Assembly (NCBI GenBank): GCA_964016885.1
Contig: OZ024742.1
Coordinates: forward strand, 68,138,001-68,202,000
Direction of reading: 5' to 3'
Length of the DNA: 64,000 nucleotides
From: Eledone cirrhosa
Taxonomy: Eukaryota
Under the pieces are notes generated by a model, which worked only from the letters and a program-made list of their open reading frames with translations, ran no database searches and was not told the DNA's origin. The position numbers and the translations under genes are program-made. Each line of letters starts with the position of its first letter. Position 1 is the first letter of the stretch. Positions 56,703 to 64,000 of this stretch are shown here, piece after piece.

Positions 56703-59700
56703 TTAAGAATACTTCAACGAAGGGTGTTGACAGCAGATAGATCTCCTCACCAAAGGAACCCGCTTCATCCAAAGGAATTGGAAGAGTGCGCGCTCCATTT
56801 TGGTGAGCGTTTCCCTTGGGCAAGGCACGATGGTCAGGCGGTAATAGATGACGGACGCTATATAAGCGTTCGCCACCTCCGCCCGACATTTCAGGGATTG
56901 TTTGCACTCAACCCACTTCCGCGTCAGCGCAAAAACCCTGTTCGATACCTCACCCCAGTTCTTCTCCACCTGGAGGTCTGGCCCGAAACAGACCCCGAGC
57001 AACATCACCGGGCCCTCCGTCCAACGTCCGACGACGACGTTGGAGGCCATCGGTTTGCCCCTCCACTCGCTGAGTTGCAAACCGACTGACTTGTCCCGGT
57101 TCAGCTTAGCCCCTGTAAACGTTTCGTATTCCTCCAGTAAGGTGCCGATCACTCCGATTTCCGAGGCGGTTGACACCATTACTATCACGTCATCGGCGTA
57201 GGCCGACACCGCTTTCCGCAATCCCGGTTCCAAAGGGATGCCCTGTAACAACTCCAACTTCCGCAGCAGTGTCTCTAGGGCCAATACATACAGAAGGGAG
57301 GAGAGAGGGCATCCCCCCTGAAAACGGGTCTGAAACCTGCCGCCACTAGCACCGCATCCAGGTAACGATGGTCGACCCTATCGAACGCCTTAGATTGATC
57401 CAAGTTGATCAGGGCCCCACCAAAGCCGGGTTCGTTCCCAACCCTCTCTATGATGTTTTCGTGAATGGACCTGGAGGTTTTCGTGAATGGACCTGGACGA
57501 GATGGCGCATGTCTGCGCATCTCCCACCAGGGTGCCCACGACAAGCGCCAACCTCTTTGCTAACCCCTTGGACAAAATCTTTAACTCTGCATTTAGCAGT
57601 ATTATGGGCCTAAAATTACTTATTTCATCCCCTTGTTCTCGTCCTTCCTCACTAGCGAGACTACGCCCTTGGTCACAGAACAGCGAATTCTCCCGTTCTG
57701 TTGCCAGTTGCAGTAGACCGCTTCGAGGAGATCGAAGAACAAGTCCGGCATACTTAAATACAGTTCGTATGGAAGACCATCGAGGCCCGGTAATTTGCGT
57801 CTGCCGCATTGGCTTAGCACGTCCCCTATTTCAGCAGCTGAGATCGGCCTCTCGCAGGACTTCGCCTCCTCGTAAGAAAGACGCGGCAGGCCGTCGAGGT
57901 ATGGACCGAGGTCCACATCCCCATTCGGCCCCTCGTCCCTTCCGAACAATCGGGAAAAGTACCTTTGAAAGGCCTCGCACATCTGCTTAGGTTCAAGGAT
58001 CACCCGTCCATCCTGGTCTCGCAAAGACCGGATAGTGGATCTAGTCCCACTTTTGGCTTCTGTCACGCGGGCCCAGCTAACAGCTTTGGTCCCCTCGTTT
58101 CCTAGAGCACGTATTTTGCTTCGGACAACGCAGCCTTTGTGTTTCGCGTTGAAGAACTGGCCCAGGGCCGTTCTCGACGCTAGCACCCTGGCCACGTCGC
58201 CGCTTCTAATTGCTTCTTCTACACTATCTACCAACTTTCTTTCCATCTTATTTCTATCTGAGGCTAACTCCTTACTAACTCCTATTGAAGCTACTCTAAT
58301 CTCTCTTTTGAGAGAGCACCACCACCTGCTGTTGACGATGGCACCCGTCAACCGCTCCTTAACTAATGTACTAATCCAGTTCCTGTAAGCTATACTTACC
58401 GGTAGGACAAGTTGAGCTTCCAGTAACCGGGTCCCTGTCTATGCGTTCTATCAAGGTTGACCATGGAGGTCACTAACTTGTGGTTTGAATAGACAACCAT
58501 GAGCATTTTTGGACAACTTAAAAAGTCCCTATCCTTATTTCAAACTAAGAACCTATCTAGGTACGATCTATATTGACCGCTCTGGTTTCTCCAAGTCCAG
58601 GTTGGCACAGTCGGAAAATCTAGTCGATATCTATCGGCCAGGTCGAATCGGCCGATTAACCCCTTGGGGCTGTTACAATTCCCTCTATCAGGACATGCCC
58701 CTACACTAGTCCCAACGTGCATCTAGGATACCATTCCAATCCCCCACTAAAAGCAAGGAGCGGGACGTCCCTAGAAAAGTCTCCAGACGATGGAAGAAGT
58801 CCGGCCGCGTTGAACCAAAAGGGCCGTATACGGCGACCAGCCTAAAAGCTCCGCCTTCATCACTGCCAATGTCCAGAACCACTAGTCGACCCTCCGGGTC
58901 CAACTGTACCGTCTGTGTAGCGAGACCCAGATGTTTTTGCAGCAGAACAACAACCCCACCCCCACCACCGGGCTGACAGAGAGATGCGTGCATCTCAAAT
59001 CATCAAAGGTGGGGGCCAGCTGTCGCACGCTGCTGATCCGGGCCTCGCAAATAACCATCACATGTATACATCGTGACCTGAGGTCATTTAGAAGCATTGC
59101 TTGCTTCCAAGGTGAGCCCAGGCCACGCGTATTTAGACAACCTATTCTCAACACAGCCATGTTGGTGGTAAAGAGAAAAGGCACTTACCTCTCTGCGTCC
59201 CACAATTTCCATGGGGGTGGGGGATGTGGTTTGTGGAAGTGTAGGGGCATCAGTGTGTAGAGGGGTTGGGGTGTTTGGAGTTGTGTGGGTGTCTGGAGGG
59301 GGATTTTTTAGGAGGACACGGTTAATGGGTCTGACGCAGGGGGGCCCTACGTCCTCTTTAAAAGTGTCTTTTAACATTTTGTAAATGTCCATTGGGGATT
59401 TTATCATTTTTAGATGGGGAAGCCCCGTTGCTTCTGCGAAATTCGAACCATCGGTTTTTATTAAGTTGTTATTATAAATAACGTTTAACAGTTTTTTTGT
59501 TTATTGTATTTATGTAATTATATGCACATTTTTCTTTTTGCGTGATGTTTTTTGTTTGCTGTTGTTGTGTGTTTTTTTTGTGTTGATGTCTGTGTTATGT
59601 TTTGGGGAGGGGTTGCTTGTATTTGTGTTCCTGTGGTGTGTTTTCTTTTTTTTTCTTTTAACTTTATGAAAGTGCCCCCCTCGACTGACGTCGAAAGGGG

Positions 59701-61273
59701 GTCGTCTTCCGTATTCGAGGGAAGGGATTCATTTTCGGCTCGTGTTTGTGGTGTGGGTGTTATTGTATTTGTTTTCTGACTGGCGGGGGATGGGTGGGAT
59801 TGTTTTCAGTTGTGTTTTAACTTGTGGTGTTAGTTGTTTTTGTGGTGGTGGTGGAGGTTGTGTTGGACGTGTTGTACTTGTTGGTGTGGGCAAAATCGGT
59901 GTTTTTTGTTTGCTTGGGAACAGGCAGCCGTCAGGTGACCTCTGCCACCACAGATGTAACAAGCGCGTCGTCTACTCTCCACTGTGATGTGTAAGTAGGC
60001 AAGCCCATCCAGCAATATGCGGTCGGGGATCCTAGCAATTCGTTCTGGCTGCATTTGTACCAGAACTTGCAGGCTAGTTCCACCGAACACGTTGCTGGAA
60101 GACTAACCTACCGAAATTACTGCATCCTCTTTCAAGTCGAGGAGGCCACACAGTACCGCCCAGAAATCAATATCTGGATCGATACTGTGTATGGTCAATC
60201 TTTGTGTTTTTCTTCCCAAATAAGTGGGGAAGAAGGTAAATAAGGGGGACACATTGGGGCCAGGGAATGTTTTTCGGCCGTCAATTTATCTTTCATTCTG
60301 ATGGATAGACTACCGTAGAGTCTATCCTTCCGAATGTATACAATGTTTTTCAGATGATCTTTTAAAGCCAGTTCAATCTCTGTCTGTGTGAGTTGAACTG
60401 GCTTACGGGTTTTGTTAGTTATTGTCCTATAAATAATAGTTTTTAAGCTATTTACCTTTTTTAGCTCTGGGGGTGAATTTAAAGAAAATAGACCATTCTT
60501 CTCCAAAGTTATATACTTCCGTGCATTTTCCATTTGTTCCGTGCATTTTCCATTTGCTGGGCCATGTTCGAAATGTCAATAGGTTCGTACACGATAGTTT
60601 TTTTTATGCTTTGCGCGAACGTCATTTCGCTCACCCCCTCTCTGTTTACATTTGTCGAAATGTGGTTTTCTTGTTTTTTGTTGTTACAATTTTCATTTTT
60701 CGTTGTTTGTGTTATTTATGTTGGTGTATGCGTTCACATTTTTTTCCCCGCTGGGGTTAGACTCCATTTTTTCAAAGAGTTCACTTATATTTTCAGTATC
60801 CGAGAGACTTGTAGTCACAGCTACTACTTCTCTTTCAGCTTTGCTGGTGGGCGTGGCACCGTGAAAAGTCGAAACGGCATCCATTAATTTTGGCCATTTC
60901 TCCGAGTCAATGTTTTTCACATTTTTTTCATTAGGGTTAGGCTCCATTTATTCAATGTTTCTAATAATCATTATTCTTTCAGTAGGGAGGCTTGTTGCCT
61001 CCGCTACCCGCTCTCCTTCAGTTTGTGTAGTGGGCGTGTCATCGTTACCTGTGGTAATGGCTTCCATTACCACTAGCGGAGAGACAATTACAAGATTTTT
61101 AGGATGAAAAATTTCACCCCAAAAGGGGTGAAATAAATTAACCCTAATGTCCGAAGACCCAGGCAAGGGGGTTAATTAACACAATAACGCAAGAATACAG
61201 ACAAACATTTACTGTTAACACGTAATATCTCCAATACTCGAGGAGCCGATGTGAAAGACGTCTATACCATCCG
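56703..61273 (-). mobile_element. Second Tx1-type LINE, 3'-truncated, many frameshifts (ORF1 ~59180-61065, ORF2 56703-59160)
   Basis: CLNTRGL, GDWN, YLDRF, PGLDG, DQSKAFDRVDH, YADD; CYICGGRGHLTAAC; 5' end abuts gatagatagatag. Confidence 0.92.
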
Positions 61274-61635
61274 GAGATAGATAGATAGAGAATGATAGAG
61301 GCAAGTAGATAGATGTGCAGGAGAGAAAGATATGAATACAGAAACCAGTGATAAACACCTGTCCACATCATCAATAAGATCAACAACTGTAAATATAAAA
61401 GAAGAAAGTTGCTTTACTTAAATGGAATTAAATAGATTATTGCAGCTACATAGACAGAACATGTGGAGTATCTAAAAAGTTGTTTTGTATCATACATATA
61501 TATATGTATGTGTGTGTGTGTGTGTATTTGTACACAGATATATATGTGTGTATGTATATGTATATACATATATATGTGTGTGTATATATTTTATTTATAT
61601 ATGTATATATATATACATATATAAATATAATATAT

Positions 61636-61684
<49 letters not shown>

Positions 61685-61778
61685 TTTATACAAAGAGAAA
61701 GAGACATTTTTACATATATAGTATATATATATATATGCATTTATACATAGAGAAAGAGACATTTTTACATATATTTAT

Positions 61779-61825
<47 letters not shown>

Positions 61826-62301
61826 CGTGTGTGTGTGCGTGTATATGCATACATAAACATACATACACACATACATATATACATACATACGCACATGCAT
61901 ACGCACGTACATAGATACATGCATACATACATACATACATACATACATACATACATACATACATACATACATACATACATACATACATACATACATACAT
62001 ACATACATGTGTGTTTGTGTGAGTGCATGTGGATGCTTATTTTCATGTACGTAGAAACGAGGTTTCAACGATTACATCCACTAAGATAAATTCAAGAATT
62101 CAAGAAGTACAGTTAAATACATTTGTTTATTGATGACTGGCTTACAGAGTTATATTTCTGCTTCAATCCTTGTAGATTTTTTTAATCGGGTAATCTAGAT
62201 TTGTGGAACTCCTGAATAAATTGTTTAAAGGGAAAGTAAAGGAACAGAAACAAAAGGGAAAAAGATAAGCATCCGGATCGAATAACAGCAACAACACCAG
62301 A

Positions 62302-63100
62302 CTAACAATGATAAGGTAGATATGTCATGACCATCTTTGCAACATTTAACCCGCCTTTTAATAAATGTACTGAGTGGGGCAGCGTTTCCGTCCTCACCCT
62401 CTTTTCCCTTTCCAAGTGAAACTTCAAAAACATGATGAATGATTGACCGAAGAGGAAAGAGTCTGATTTCAGTCCTTTCAGCTCAATCCACAACACAACC
62501 TCTTTCGCTACCGCCACCAAGCAGTGGAAAGCTCCTTTCCCTTCCCAGCTAAAAGAAGGTGGTGGGGCGAGTCTCCCAATGGAGTCGACTGATAGCCGGA
62601 TCCTTCCTACACATGATAACAGCTGTTCGACATAATTCCACAAGTCAGTAATGCACGCACACTGGACGAGCGCGTGCAGAACGGTCTCGTCGCTCTGCGC
62701 ACATCTTGGACAGATCCATCTGACTGCACTTTCCTCCTCATCTGCAGATGGACCTCCTCATTAATGTAACGGGTGCAAAGTACGATGGTCAGGCGGTAAT
62801 AGATGACCGATGCGATGTATGTGATCGCCATCTCCGCTCGACATTTCAAGGATACCTTTCCCTCGACCCATTTTTGGGGTGAGAGTGACCACCCTGATCG
62901 TTACCTCATCCGAGTTCTTATCCACCTGGAGGTCTAGTCGGGACCAGTAACAACTTCACCGGTTCGTCCGTCCAGCGTCCCACGACGCTGTTGATCGGCA
63001 TGGATTTTCCTCTCCAGGTGCTGAGGCGCAAACCCAACGACGTTTCCGGGTTCAGTTTTGCTTCCGTCATCTTTTGATATTCCTCTTATGAAATGACATT
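62302..63100 (-). pseudogene. Older Tx1 ORF2 C-terminal fragment
   Basis: RAEMAITYIASVIYYRLTIV, WNYVEQLLS..IRLS..CLVAVAKEV match ORF2 at 34038-35200. Confidence 0.85.
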
Positions 63101-63454
63101 GAGCACGCTTTTCTTCCATTTGTTGTGAACAATAATGTAGTCAACCTGAGAACGATGACAAGCTGAGTGTTGTTTTTTTTATTTCGGTGATTTCAAGAAT
63201 CTTGTGTTGATTATTGTATTCTTTAGCTAGATCGACCAGTTTCCCACTGATGCAATCGGTGTAGGTGTTATTTGTAAAGAATCATGAGTGTCGATTTGGG
63301 CATTCAATTCTCCAGTCATTAGCGGACGTTTAGGATATATCGGTGGCTTTGGTACGATTGTGGCATGAAACAAGTGTTACTTTTGGGTTGCAGTTGTATT
63401 ATGTAAAAAATCCAACAAAGAAAATACCACACAAGAAATCCCACACACACATAC

Positions 63455-63522
<68 letters not shown>

Positions 63523-64000
63523 TGTGTGTACACGCTATCGGATGACAGTTAACTCTCCTGCTTTCCTCCGCCATTTGTCGGTGGGAGGGGGGGATTCCAG
63601 GGGTTACATTAATTCCCCCACCCCCTCACCAAGCAAACTTGGTGGTGCTGCCGGTTTAGTCGCCGACTCCACTAGCTTTGAAAGCAACATCATCCATGTC
63701 ATTCCTTTATCTCAAGTGATAGTCTGTTAACAAATTGGAGTCGGAATTTTTACTATTCTGTGATCACATCACTGCCAGCCAGGAGACTACCAGCTACCAG
63801 TTGATCTATTGTATGTATAATCATCGTTTGAAGCTTTCATAGTAATGGAAACCATCCGCTCGCCAAGTTATATCAGACAAACACATATTAAACACACAAG
63901 CACATACATACATACGTATTTACCAAGTTGGTGTCTTGTTTCTATGTTAGAAACTGTGTTTCTCTCTCTCTCTCGCTCACCCTCCCCCCCCCCCCCCCAT

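Overview
Repeat-saturated, AT-rich eukaryotic DNA with no host gene I can support. The (TA)n/(CA)n/(GATA)n density and SINE type suggest an octopus or other coleoid, which is an inference. Most listed ORFs are microsatellite translations. Real coding remnants all belong to transposable elements: four Tx1/L1-clade LINE copies plus 3' stubs at (GATA)n, three Penelope-like (Naiad-type) GIY-YIG endonuclease fragments, a Helitron Rep fragment, a hATm-type and a Chapaev3-type DNA transposon, and RTE tails. There are also many tRNA-derived SINEs. The main hidden signal is that many short unique-looking islands between (TA)n runs are Penelope-like 3' ends. They carry about 13 complete or point-mutated type I hammerhead ribozyme motifs plus partial ones, from roughly 7-8 sequence families. 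One has a U3:A8 covariant core. The families share a second hairpin motif (YACTC...GAGTRCT) and a head-to-head insertion geometry consistent with twin priming on the self-complementary (TA)n target. All structures were read by eye and none was computed.
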